A DNA stretch of 64,000 nucleotides, from assembly GCA_037141755.1 (NCBI GenBank), contig JBAXBX010000002.1, positions 28,915-92,914 of the forward strand, given 5' to 3'. This DNA comes from Candidatus Saccharimonadota bacterium. Its GTDB lineage: Bacteria; Patescibacteriota; Saccharimonadia; Saccharimonadales; Saccharimonadaceae. The translations under genes and the position numbers were made by a program. Shown one piece after another: positions 35,616 to 44,864 of the stretch. Positions within the stretch are counted from its first letter, which is position 1; each line of letters starts with the position of its first letter. Below the pieces are notes generated by a model. The model did no database searches, was not told the origin of the DNA, and saw nothing but the letters and a program-made list of their open reading frames with translations.

Positions 35616-37039
35616 TAGCTTTGAGCAAATATCCATTCGGTTGATGAAGGTTCACCGGTTATAAAGTCTTTGCCGACTTTTTCTTGGTGATCAACAATCA
35701 TACAACGACTAGAAGCGGTTGTTTCTTTTTTGATTTTTTCTTCAATTTCAGAGTTGTCATTCCAGAAGACTTTTACAAATCCTTTATGAGTAGTAATGAT
35801 TGATTTGAATTCATCGTAATCAGCGGCCGAGCGAGTATTTTCGGTCAAGTTTTGTGCGCTGTTTGCTAACATGGCTGTTTGAATATCAGCCAGCCATTTG
35901 GTCGTCTCATCTAAACTATTTTCAATTGAAATTTCTCGTTCTTCTTTGTTAAAACGGGCTTTGGCGGTAACTTTTTGATTTTCGACTTCTCGGGCGCCAA
36001 TTTTGTAAATAATAGGGACGCCTTTGACTTCCCATTTATTCAATTTAAATCCAAATCGCTCGTCATCGCGTGTATCAATCTCGGTCCGTATATTGCCATT
36101 TTCCAGAGTAGTTTTTAGCTCGTTAGCGAATTTTGTTTCGGATTCTGTCATATTAACGGTAACGATGATTACTTGAATTGGGGCAAGTTTTGGTGGTAAA
36201 ACTAATCCGTCGTCATCGCCGTGTGTCAAAATTAGACCGCCGATGGAACGAGTTGATAGACCCCAGCTGGTTTGCCAGGCAAATTCGTCAACGCCGTCTT
36301 TGGTTTGGAAGGATATGTTAAATGGTTTGCTGAAATTTTGTCCTAAATTGTGTGAAGTAGCAGCTTGTAATGCTTTACCACTTGGCATTAATGCCTCGAA
36401 GGTCATAGTTTCGTCGGCGCCAGAAAAGCGTTCAGCTTTTGATTTATAGCCAATGCAGCCGTCAATTGCAAAATAGTTGTTGTAGATATTTTTATACATA
36501 TCCATGGCCCATTTTTGAGTTTCAAGGGCTTCATCTAGTGTGGAATGAGCGGTATGACCCTCTTGCCATAAAAATTCGCTAGTACGTAGGAATGGGGTAG
36601 TGCGTTTTTCCCAGCGAACGACGTTATTCCATTGGTTCATCATGATTGGTAGATCGCGCCAAGATTGGACCCAGTTGGCGTAGGCATTGTACATGATTGT
36701 TTCGCTGGTTGGTCTGACGACCAGTGGTTCTTCTAATTTTTCATTGCCAGCGATTGTAACCACGGCTAGTTCAGGTGAAAAACCTTCGATATGGCTGGCT
36801 TCTTTTTCAAGTAAGCTCATTGGAATTAATAGTGGAAAATAGGAATTACCGACACCTTTTCGTTTAATTAGTGGATTCATGGCGTTCTGGACATTTTCCC
36901 AGATAGCATAGCCATAAGGTTTGATGATAATCGAGCCTTTGGATGGGCCATAATCAGCCAGGTCGGCTAATCTAATAATTGTTGTATACCAATCGGTTGG
37001 AAATTCTTTTTTTGATGGTAAAAGTTTTTTCTTTGTCAT
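35612..37039 (-). CDS. proS: proline--tRNA ligase, archaeal/eukaryote-like type
   Basis: FPTDWYTTIIRLADL start, class II motifs, and a C-terminal domain ending in ...FAQSY. I prefer the ATG at 37039 (TATAAT 9 nt upstream). Confidence 0.85.
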   Translation of the reverse strand: MTKKKLLPSKKEFPTDWYTTIIRLADLADYGPSKGSIIIKPYGYAIWENVQNAMNPLIKRKGVGNSYFPLLIPMSLLEKEASHIEGFSPELAVVTIAGNEKLEEPLVVRPTSETIMYNAYANWVQSWRDLPIMMNQWNNVVRWEKRTTPFLRTSEFLWQEGHTAHSTLDEALETQKWAMDMYKNIYNNYFAIDGCIGYKSKAERFSGADETMTFEALMPSGKALQAATSHNLGQNFSKPFNISFQTKDGVDEFAWQTSWGLSTRSIGGLILTHGDDDGLVLPPKLAPIQVIIVTVNMTESETKFANELKTTLENGNIRTEIDTRDDERFGFKLNKWEVKGVPIIYKIGAREVENQKVTAKARFNKEEREISIENSLDETTKWLADIQTAMLANSAQNLTENTRSAADYDEFKSIITTHKGFVKVFWNDNSEIEEKIKKETTASSRCMIVDHQEKVGKDFITGEPSSTEWIFAQSY

Positions 37040-37154
37040 AATAAGATGATTATAACAGCATTTGGTCACCAATTCTGTCGCACATGATGAAAAATGACAT
37101 CGCATTTTACTTCCTCTTTATTAATACATCATTATTAACTATAATTAAGTAAAT

Positions 37155-38402
37155 ATGCGAGTTTCTAAACTATTCACCAAAACCAGTAAAAGTGTTCCAT
37201 CTGACGAAGTTGCTAAGAATGCTCAACTATTAATCAGGGCTGGATTTATTCATAAAGAGATGGCGGGTGTTTACGCATATATGCCACTTGGTTTGCGTGT
37301 GATTGAAAACATTAAGCAGATTGTTCGTGAAGAAATGAACGCTGTTGGTGGTCAAGAAGTGATGATGACGACATTGCAACCCAAGGATATTTGGGAAAAA
37401 ACTGATCGTTGGGATGATGCCAAAGTTGATAATTGGTTCAAGACCAAATTAGTTAATGGAACTGAATTAGGTGTTGGATTGACTCACGAAGAGCCAATTG
37501 TTGACGCCGCCAGTAATTATTTAAATTCGTACAAAGATTTGCCATTTGCGATGTATCAAATTCAAAGTAAGTTTCGCAATGAATTACGGGCAAAAAGCGG
37601 ACTTTTGCGTGGTCGCGAATTTTTGATGAAAGACATGTATACTTTCAGCCGTGATCAACAACAACATGAACAAGAATATGAAAAGATTGTTGCGGCCTAT
37701 TTTAGGGTTTATGAACGATTAGGCTTGGGCGGCATCACATACCGAACTTATGCTGATGGTGGTATATTTACGCCAAGATTTAGTGATGAATTTCAAACCC
37801 TAAGTGAAGTTGGCGAAGACACGATTTATATCGACGAAGCCAAAAATATCGCTGTTAATGAAGAGATCATGTCAGATGAAAATTTGGCAAAACTAGGGTT
37901 AGACCGCAGTAAATTGGTTCAAAAAAAGGGCATTGAAGTAGGTAATACTTTCCATTTGGAATCAAAATATACTGATGCGCTAGGCGTTTATTATACCGAC
38001 GAAAAAGGCGAGAAGCAGTCGATTATCATGGGCTGCTATGGTATTGGCGTCAGCCGTTTGATGGGTGTTGTGGCTGAATTATTTGCTGACGATAAAGGTT
38101 TAGTCTGGCCAGAAGCTATTGCGCCATTTAAGGTGTATTTAGTGGGTATTGGTGATGAAAAATCTATGGCCCATGCCGATGAACTATATAAAGAACTAAC
38201 CGACAAAGGTATCGAAGTATTATACGATGATCGCGTTGTTAGACCAGGCCAAAAATTTGCTGACAGCGAATTAATTGGTGTACCATACAGGGTCACTGTT
38301 AGTGATCGTATGATGGCTGATAATGTTTATGAATTTGTTGCACGCAAAAATGGTGAAAAAGAGTTATTGACACGCGAGCAACTGCTTGCTAAACTAAGCT
38401 GA
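37155..38402 (+). CDS. proS: proline--tRNA ligase, bacterial type, lacking the INS editing domain
   Basis: The N-terminus aligns with bacterial ProRS (AGFIHKEMAGVYAYMPLGLRV, THEEPI, FRNELRAKSGLLRGREFLMKD, GCYGIGVSR). At 415 aa there is no room for the ~180-aa INS domain. Confidence 0.8.
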   Translation: MRVSKLFTKTSKSVPSDEVAKNAQLLIRAGFIHKEMAGVYAYMPLGLRVIENIKQIVREEMNAVGGQEVMMTTLQPKDIWEKTDRWDDAKVDNWFKTKLVNGTELGVGLTHEEPIVDAASNYLNSYKDLPFAMYQIQSKFRNELRAKSGLLRGREFLMKDMYTFSRDQQQHEQEYEKIVAAYFRVYERLGLGGITYRTYADGGIFTPRFSDEFQTLSEVGEDTIYIDEAKNIAVNEEIMSDENLAKLGLDRSKLVQKKGIEVGNTFHLESKYTDALGVYYTDEKGEKQSIIMGCYGIGVSRLMGVVAELFADDKGLVWPEAIAPFKVYLVGIGDEKSMAHADELYKELTDKGIEVLYDDRVVRPGQKFADSELIGVPYRVTVSDRMMADNVYEFVARKNGEKELLTREQLLAKLS

Positions 38403-38492
38403 CTATAAAAGGTACTAGGTAAAATTACGCTATATATAGCGTATATTTACTTTCAAAAGACACTTTTTATATTGGAAAGAGGAATTTAAATT

Positions 38493-38948
38493 ATGAAAAA
38501 ACAATATCAAATCACTATCGAAGGTCAAAAAGAACTTGGTTTAGAGTTGACGACTTTAATTGGTCGCCGCAGTGAAGTCGCTGCCAAGATTGCTGAAGCG
38601 CGTGAATTTGGTGATTTAAGTGAGAATGCTGAATATGACGTTGCTCGTGAAGAGCAAGGCTTAGTTGAAACTCGTATTGCTGAAATTGAAGATATTTTGC
38701 AAAATTCTGAAATTATTAAGAGTGGCAGCAAATCAAAAGTCACACTAGGTAGCCAAGTTGAATTGAAACTGGGTAAAAAACAATTTGTTTACTCAATTGT
38801 TGGACCTGTCGAAGCCGATCCACTGGCTGGCAAAATCAGTAACGAATCACCAATTGGCATAGCATTATTTGGTAAAAAAGTTGGCGACACAGCCACTATC
38901 GTCACCCCAAAAGGTGAAGTGACTTACGAAATCGCCAATATTGGCTAA
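38493..38948 (+). CDS. greA: transcription elongation factor GreA
   Basis: GDLSENAEYDVAREEQ and a C-terminal FKBP-like domain. Confidence 0.9.
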   Translation: MKKQYQITIEGQKELGLELTTLIGRRSEVAAKIAEAREFGDLSENAEYDVAREEQGLVETRIAEIEDILQNSEIIKSGSKSKVTLGSQVELKLGKKQFVYSIVGPVEADPLAGKISNESPIGIALFGKKVGDTATIVTPKGEVTYEIANIG

Positions 38949-38989
38949 GAGCCGCAATAGGCCCTTTGAAAATTTGCTATACTAATAGT

Positions 38990-40754
38990 ATGAAACGATT
39001 TATTTTGGGGCTAATCGCGGTAGTTTTAGTATCGGTACTTAATATAAATCTAACTTATGCTGATACCAGTAATTTTACGATTACTGATTTTCAGGCCGAT
39101 TATTATTTGGATAAAGATTCAAGTGGCCATTCAACTTTAAAGACAGTTGAACAGATCACGGCTGATTTCCCAAACTATGACCAAAATCACGGTATCGAGC
39201 GGGCGATCATCGCTAATTACGACGGTCATACAACTAAACTAAATATCGAATCAGTCACAGACCAAAATGACAGCGAATTAAACTATTCAACCTATTGGAA
39301 TAATTCAAACTTAATCTTGCGCATTGGTGATAGCGATACTTATGTTCATGGTTTAAAAACATATGTAATTAAATATTCACAAACTGATGTGACGCGGTAT
39401 TTTGCCGATACTAATGACGATGAATTTTATTGGGACGTTAATGGCACTGGATGGAGTCAAAAATTTTATAGTGTTACAGCTAGATTACATCTAGGGGCAG
39501 GAATTACTGGGCAGGTGACAGATAGCAATGCATGTTATTATGGCCAATTTAGTTCAAACAGCAAATGTGACATTATAAAATCTGGCGATGTAATTACGGC
39601 TAATGTGACAGACCTCGGTGTTGGTGAAAACATGACGATTATATCTGGGTTCAAGCCTCATACTTTTGCTGATTATAAAATGACATTGTCCGATTTTTTG
39701 GCGATGTACTCGTTTATAATATCTGGTGCTGTCGGACTAATATTGTTGATTGTTTTAATTGTCTTAAAATTAACTCTTGGCCTTGGTGCTAAGGGGCGGG
39801 GCACGATAATTGCTGAATATTTGCCACCCAAAGGCGTCGATGTTGCGCTGTCGTCAGTTATTGAGGGCAAAGAGGCTACGTGGGTCGTCTGCGATATATA
39901 TTGATTTGGCGGTGCGACGTAACTTAAAAGTTATTCAAGCTGAAAAAAAATTATTCAATAAAGTTGGTTATAGTTTGGAATATATTAATTCTGATGGGTT
40001 GGATGATACCGAAAAAGCGATTGTCGCAGCGCTATTTGGCGATAATCCAGTTAGTGGAGCTAGATATGAAATTGATCCGAATAAATTTAACTATGAAACT
40101 TCAAAATCATTAAAAAAGTGCTACAAGGATGTTAAGTTGTTTTCCAAACAAAACGGCTATTATATTAGTGATAAAAAATTGCAAAAATTGATGATAACTC
40201 TGGTTGTAATAACAGCTTTGCAGGCGATGATTATGTGGTTGGCTTCAATGTCGTCGGAACTTGGTTTTTTGAATATTGTAACTGGGTTATTCTTTACATT
40301 AATGGGAATATTAGTAGTCGCTTCAATCAAACCGCTGTCTATAAAAGGCCGTGAATTGCATGATTATTTAAAAGGTTTGCAGGTGTATATTAAATGCGCT
40401 GAGGCTGATCGTATTAAGATACTGCAAAGTCCGATGGGCGCTGAAAAAACACCAGTCAATACTAATGACACTGATATGATGATTCATTTATACGAAAGGG
40501 TATTGCCCTATGCAGTGTTGTTTGGAATTGAAAAAGAATGGACTAAAGTGCTGGGTGAATATTACGAACAGCAGAATGTGACCCCTGGTTGGTATGTTGG
40601 CAATAATGCCTTTAATATGGCGGCCTTTAGCTCGTCGATGTCTAGCTTTTCGGGTAGCGTATCCAGTAGCAGCTATAGTTCGTCCAGTGGCGGCTCGGGT
40701 GGCGGTGGATTTTCGGGTGGCGGTGGTGGCGGCGGAGGCGGCGGCGGCTGGTAG
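38990..40754 (+). pseudogene. DUF2207 family membrane protein interrupted by a +1 frameshift
   Basis: ORFs 38966-39904 and 39810-40754 overlap in different frames. The family motif SSAIYIDLAVRR is read only in the second frame. There is a C-terminal Gly-rich tail. Removing one G near 39882-39884 restores a single ORF. Confidence 0.7.
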
Positions 40755-40783
40755 TTAACACCTTTAAAGAGTATAATAGATAC

Positions 40784-41467
40784 ATGATAGAGGTGAAAAA
40801 AATATCGAAGACTTACGGCAAGGGCGACAACGCTTTTAAGGTCTTGAAAAACATAAATTTTACAATTCCAGATGGTGCTAGTGTGGCGATTTTGGGCAAA
40901 TCAGGCAGTGGTAAATCAACCTTGATGCATGTTATGAGCGGTCTTGATCGACCGGATAGTGGTGAAATTATTATAGATGGCAAAGATATATTAAAACTTA
41001 GCCAAAAAGATGTCGACAAATTTCGCTCGACCAAGATGAGCTTTATTTTTCAAAGCTTTTTCGTTCAAGCTAACGAAAGTTGTTATGACAATGTCAGTTT
41101 GCCACTTGAAATTGCTGACTTATCGGCTGGTAGACGTCGATCGAAAATTGAAACGGCTTTAACTGCAGTTGACTTGGCTGATAAAATAAAATCACGGGCC
41201 AGGGATTTGTCTGGTGGCCAAAAGCAACGTTTGGCAGTCGCTAGAGCGATTGTTAATAGTCCACAAATTTTGTTTGCCGATGAACCAACTGGAAATCTAG
41301 ACAGTGTGACTGGTGGTAAGGTTGAAAGTTTGTTGTTTAATTATAATAAAAAGAACAAAATCACATTGATTGTTGTAACGCATGATCCAGAATTAGCGGC
41401 CCGATGTGATATCCAAATTCATATCAAAGATGGCAAGATTGATTCAATCAAGGAGATGAAAAAATGA
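40784..41467 (+). CDS. ABC transporter ATP-binding protein (MacB/LolD-like)
   Basis: GKSGSGKST, LSGGQKQR and LFADEPTGNLD. Confidence 0.9.
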   Translation: MIEVKKISKTYGKGDNAFKVLKNINFTIPDGASVAILGKSGSGKSTLMHVMSGLDRPDSGEIIIDGKDILKLSQKDVDKFRSTKMSFIFQSFFVQANESCYDNVSLPLEIADLSAGRRRSKIETALTAVDLADKIKSRARDLSGGQKQRLAVARAIVNSPQILFADEPTGNLDSVTGGKVESLLFNYNKKNKITLIVVTHDPELAARCDIQIHIKDGKIDSIKEMKK

Positions 41468-42741
41468 AATTACGTGATATAGCGATAAGGGCTGGACGAA
41501 GCCTAAAACAAGCTAAGGCTCGAACATTGCTGACTAGTTTGGCAATCGGCGTTGGTGCTTTTACGATTACTCTATCACTGGCAGCGGGTGTCGGTGGGCG
41601 AGCTTACACTGATCAGATTGTTAATGCCAACACTAATGTTAAGGAATTGAGTGTGACAAAAAAACCACCAGCTGCTCAGCAAGGACCACAAAAATACACT
41701 GGCGTTGCTGCAGTTTCTTCAAGCTCGTTTTTCTCTGGCCAGGAATTGACACAAGATGACATAGACAAAATTCTAAAAGTAGATGGTGTCGTTTCGGTTT
41801 CGCCAAATTACAGTCCGCAAATAAAATATATTACTAGAACGGATCAAGAAAAATATGTTGCCACAATTAGCACTTTTAGCCCCAGCGTGACGCTCAAATT
41901 TGCCGCTGGTTCGGTTAGTGGTGATCTAGCTGATAATGAAATAATTTTAACTGAAGAATATGTTACAGCGCTTGGATTTAGTAGTAATGCTGACGCGGTT
42001 GGAAAGACTGTCGAAATTGTTGCCGATAAGTTGTCGTCACCAGTGACTGCCCCTGAAAGTAACACATTTATATATACAGTCAAAGGTGTCAGCAGTAAAT
42101 CTGGTTTGGCGTTTAGAGCTCAAAGTTCACTGTTAATATCAAATGCCTCAGCTAAAACTTTGTATGATTATATAAATATTGGCACTCGTAGTTATGGTAA
42201 CTACCTTGTGGCTTCGGTTGAGACCGCTAGTGCTAGCCAAGCGACAAAAGTGAAAGACGATTTGACGAGTATGGGTTATTTGGCGCAGACAGCGGCTGAT
42301 GTGCTGGGTGTAATTAATACATTTATCAATGTCTTGCAAGGAATTTTGCTGGGCTTTGGTGCTTTGGCAGTATTAACATCGGTCTTTGGAATCATCAACA
42401 CTCAATATATTAGCGTCTTGGAGCGTACACAACAGATTGGGTTAATGAAAGCGCTGGGTATGCGACGTCGAGATGTTGGGCGATTGTTCAAACTTGAAGC
42501 CGCCTGGATTGGACTGCTGGGCGGGTCAATTGGCACAGGTTTGGCGGTGATTTTGGGCGTAATTGCTAATCCGATTATCAGTAAGTCACTTGATATTGGT
42601 GATGTTAGTTTGATTGTCTTTACTCCGATGAATATTGCAATTGTAATCATCGGCTTAGTATTCGTATCTGTTTCATCTGGCATCTTACCAGCACGCAAGG
42701 CTGCCAAATTGAATCCGATTGAAGCATTACGAACAGAGTAG
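41464..42741 (+). CDS. ABC transporter permease (FtsX/MacB-type)
   Basis: N-terminal TM helix, a large periplasmic-type domain, and a C-terminal FtsX-like 3-TM bundle. It overlaps the ATPase gene. Confidence 0.85.
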   Translation: MKLRDIAIRAGRSLKQAKARTLLTSLAIGVGAFTITLSLAAGVGGRAYTDQIVNANTNVKELSVTKKPPAAQQGPQKYTGVAAVSSSSFFSGQELTQDDIDKILKVDGVVSVSPNYSPQIKYITRTDQEKYVATISTFSPSVTLKFAAGSVSGDLADNEIILTEEYVTALGFSSNADAVGKTVEIVADKLSSPVTAPESNTFIYTVKGVSSKSGLAFRAQSSLLISNASAKTLYDYINIGTRSYGNYLVASVETASASQATKVKDDLTSMGYLAQTAADVLGVINTFINVLQGILLGFGALAVLTSVFGIINTQYISVLERTQQIGLMKALGMRRRDVGRLFKLEAAWIGLLGGSIGTGLAVILGVIANPIISKSLDIGDVSLIVFTPMNIAIVIIGLVFVSVSSGILPARKAAKLNPIEALRTE

Positions 42742-42749
42742 TTTTGCTA

Positions 42750-42883
42750 AACCTGAGTTGTAAAACCCAAACCGCGGGTGACGTTCGGTGGGGCGACCCC
42801 AATATTGTTTTGTTTGTAATCGAACAAAAAATATTAGGGGTGAACCGGACGGCAGGACCCGAGGGGGTTTTGCAACTCAGGTT
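42750..42883 (+). ncRNA. extended copy of the conserved bipartite structured motif, closed by a 19-bp outer stem
   Basis: Outer stem 42750-42768 / 42865-42883. The core blocks 42777-42793 and 42843-42861 are identical to the rpmE-side copy. An inserted hairpin lies at 42797-42840. Confidence 0.5.
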
Positions 42884-42916
42884 ATCAACAGATGAAAAAT
42901 CTGGTACAATATTGAT

Positions 42917-44215
42917 ATGTTAGATATTAGATTTATCCGTGATAACGCTGACGCAGTTCAAATCAACGCTAAGAATAAGGGATATGATGTAGATATTACT
43001 ACATTATTGAAGTTAGATTCTGAACGTCGTGAACTGTTAGTCCAAGTTGATGATTTACGCCAAAAGCGCAATGATATTGTATCTCAAACCAAAGGCGGTA
43101 AGCCAACAGATGAATTGATTGCGGCTGGTAAAGTTGTTAAAGATCAATTAGCTATTATTGAACCACAACTTAAAGAAGCTGATGTCAGTTTTACAACGTT
43201 ACTTAAAAAAGTTCCAAACATGGCAGCCAGCGATGTGCCCATTGGCGCTACTGAAGATGAAAACGTTGTATCCAAAACGGTAGGTGACTTGCCACAGTTT
43301 GATTTTGCACCCAAAAACCATGCTGATATCGCTGCAAATTTAGGCTGGATTGATAAAGAACGCGCTGCCAAGGTGACGGGCAGTCGATTTGCCTATATCG
43401 AAGGCGATTTAGTCAGATTGCAATTGGCGATTGTCCAGTATGTGATTAACACTTTAGGTGACGAAGTGACGATTGCTGAGATTGCTAAAAACGCTGGTTT
43501 GACGGTCTCGCCTAAACCATTTACGCCAATTTTACCACCACTGTTGATTAGAACTGATATGTATGACGCCATGGATCGTCTGGAGCCTCGTGATGAAAGA
43601 TATAAGCTGGAAGGTGATGATTTGTGGTTACAGGGTAGTGCCGAGCACGTCCTGGGTAGTATGCATGCTGGTGAGGTGTTTGATGAATCTCAGTTACCAC
43701 TACGTTATGTTGGTTATGCCACTAGTTTTCGTCGTGAGGCAGGTACTTACGGCAAAGATATGGAAGGTATCTTTAGAATGCATCAATTTGATAAATTGGA
43801 AATGGAAAGTTTTGCAACTGCTAGCGATGGTCTAAATGAGCATCTGTTATTTGTTGCGATTCAAGAATATTTGTTGGCCCAATTAGGATTGCCATACCGA
43901 GTCTTGCAAAAATGTACTTTTGATATTGGCAAACCAAATGCGCGCGGTGTGGACATGGAAACGTGGTTGCCAGGACAGGGAAAATACCGTGAAACCCACA
44001 CAGCTGATTACATGACTGACTATCAGTCACGACGTTTGAACACACGCGTCCGTCGTCAGTCGGGTGAACTTGAACTGGTTCATACTAATGATGCGACGGC
44101 ATTTGCATTAGGCCGTATTATGATTGCGATTATCGAAAATGGGCAAACGGCGGACGGAAAAGTTCGCGTGCCAACAGTTTTGCAGCCTTATTTGGCTGGC
44201 AAAGCAGTGCTATAA
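42917..44215 (+). CDS. serS: serine--tRNA ligase
   Basis: N-terminal coiled-coil arm, class II motifs (FRREAG, GQGKYRETHT). TACAAT lies 6 nt upstream of the ATG. Confidence 0.95.
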   Translation: MLDIRFIRDNADAVQINAKNKGYDVDITTLLKLDSERRELLVQVDDLRQKRNDIVSQTKGGKPTDELIAAGKVVKDQLAIIEPQLKEADVSFTTLLKKVPNMAASDVPIGATEDENVVSKTVGDLPQFDFAPKNHADIAANLGWIDKERAAKVTGSRFAYIEGDLVRLQLAIVQYVINTLGDEVTIAEIAKNAGLTVSPKPFTPILPPLLIRTDMYDAMDRLEPRDERYKLEGDDLWLQGSAEHVLGSMHAGEVFDESQLPLRYVGYATSFRREAGTYGKDMEGIFRMHQFDKLEMESFATASDGLNEHLLFVAIQEYLLAQLGLPYRVLQKCTFDIGKPNARGVDMETWLPGQGKYRETHTADYMTDYQSRRLNTRVRRQSGELELVHTNDATAFALGRIMIAIIENGQTADGKVRVPTVLQPYLAGKAVL

Positions 44216-44248
44216 TTATAGTATCGACCGATTAATTAGGAGGGTAGA

Positions 44249-44620
44249 ATGATTACATCAATTCAAATTACAGGTATTGCATATGAAGTCGACGATAACA
44301 CTCGCAAATATGTCGAAAAGCGGATTGGACGATTGGATAGATATTTACCAAAGCATGCCCGTAACAGTGTGACGGCTGATGTAAAGCTAGCTCAGGTTAA
44401 TCATAATCATGGTAATAAATACGAAGTTGAAGTTATTTTGAATGTGCCAAATAAGATAGTGACCGCTAAAGATTCAACCAGTAATATTTTAGCTGCAGTT
44501 GATATTGTTGAGGCAAAAATTCAAGCGCAATTACGTGAATACAAGCAATCGGCGATTGCTCATATTGGTAAGCGTGGTGTGATGAGCCGATTTAAGAAAA
44601 GCTTTAAACGCGAATTATAA
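44249..44620 (+). CDS. hpf: ribosome hibernation promoting factor (short HPF/RaiA family)
   Basis: The layout I.ITG....V.D..R.YVEKRIGRLDRYL is typical of the sigma54-modulation / S30EA family. Confidence 0.85.
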   Translation: MITSIQITGIAYEVDDNTRKYVEKRIGRLDRYLPKHARNSVTADVKLAQVNHNHGNKYEVEVILNVPNKIVTAKDSTSNILAAVDIVEAKIQAQLREYKQSAIAHIGKRGVMSRFKKSFKREL

Positions 44621-44621
44621 A

Positions 44622-44740
44622 GGTTGGCTATTAGAATATAGCTATTGGAATATGGCGCGGGTTAGATATTGGCTAATAGAAGTTGGCTGTTGGAATTGAG
44701 ATTTCCGCCATATTCCACATTCCAATAGCCAATAGCTAAA
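44622..44740. repeat. palindromic element of the GCTATTGGAATATG repeat family
   Basis: The left arm 44626-44657 matches the reverse complement of the right arm 44706-44736. Confidence 0.8.
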
Positions 44741-44864
44741 AACATAGTCAATGGATGGTATTGAAATTGCTCAGATATCTTGTCTAATTCTTACCTAGGC
44801 TTTATAGTAAGGTGTAGTATTTCACTTTAGGATTTTCATAAATAGGGAGTAGAGGTTTTTAGCT

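Noticed and set aside
39894-39901. The (AT)4 run as the slippage site responsible for the DUF2207 frameshift
   Set aside because: The conserved SSAIYIDLAV motif is already in the second frame from 39885, upstream of the AT run. The frame change must therefore occur at or before about 39884.
40690-40754. GGC/GGT-rich repetitive DNA as a distinct repeat element
   Set aside because: It simply encodes the Gly-rich C-terminal tail (GGGGFSGGGGGGGGGGGW) typical of DUF2207 proteins.
27374-42861. The two inverted copies of the bipartite motif as ends of a ~15.5-kb transposon or invertible segment
   Set aside because: The interior holds core single-copy housekeeping genes (rpsB, tsf, frr, uppS, rseP, proS, greA). 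The shared blocks are only 17 nt and 19 nt, and each copy sits in the same position relative to a downstream gene. A gene-associated RNA or regulatory element is more parsimonious.
42750-42883. The serS-upstream structure as a mere rho-independent terminator of the ABC permease gene
   Set aside because: No U-tract follows the 19-bp closing stem. The interior also carries two blocks conserved exactly at an unrelated locus where no upstream co-directional gene exists. A termination role cannot be fully excluded.
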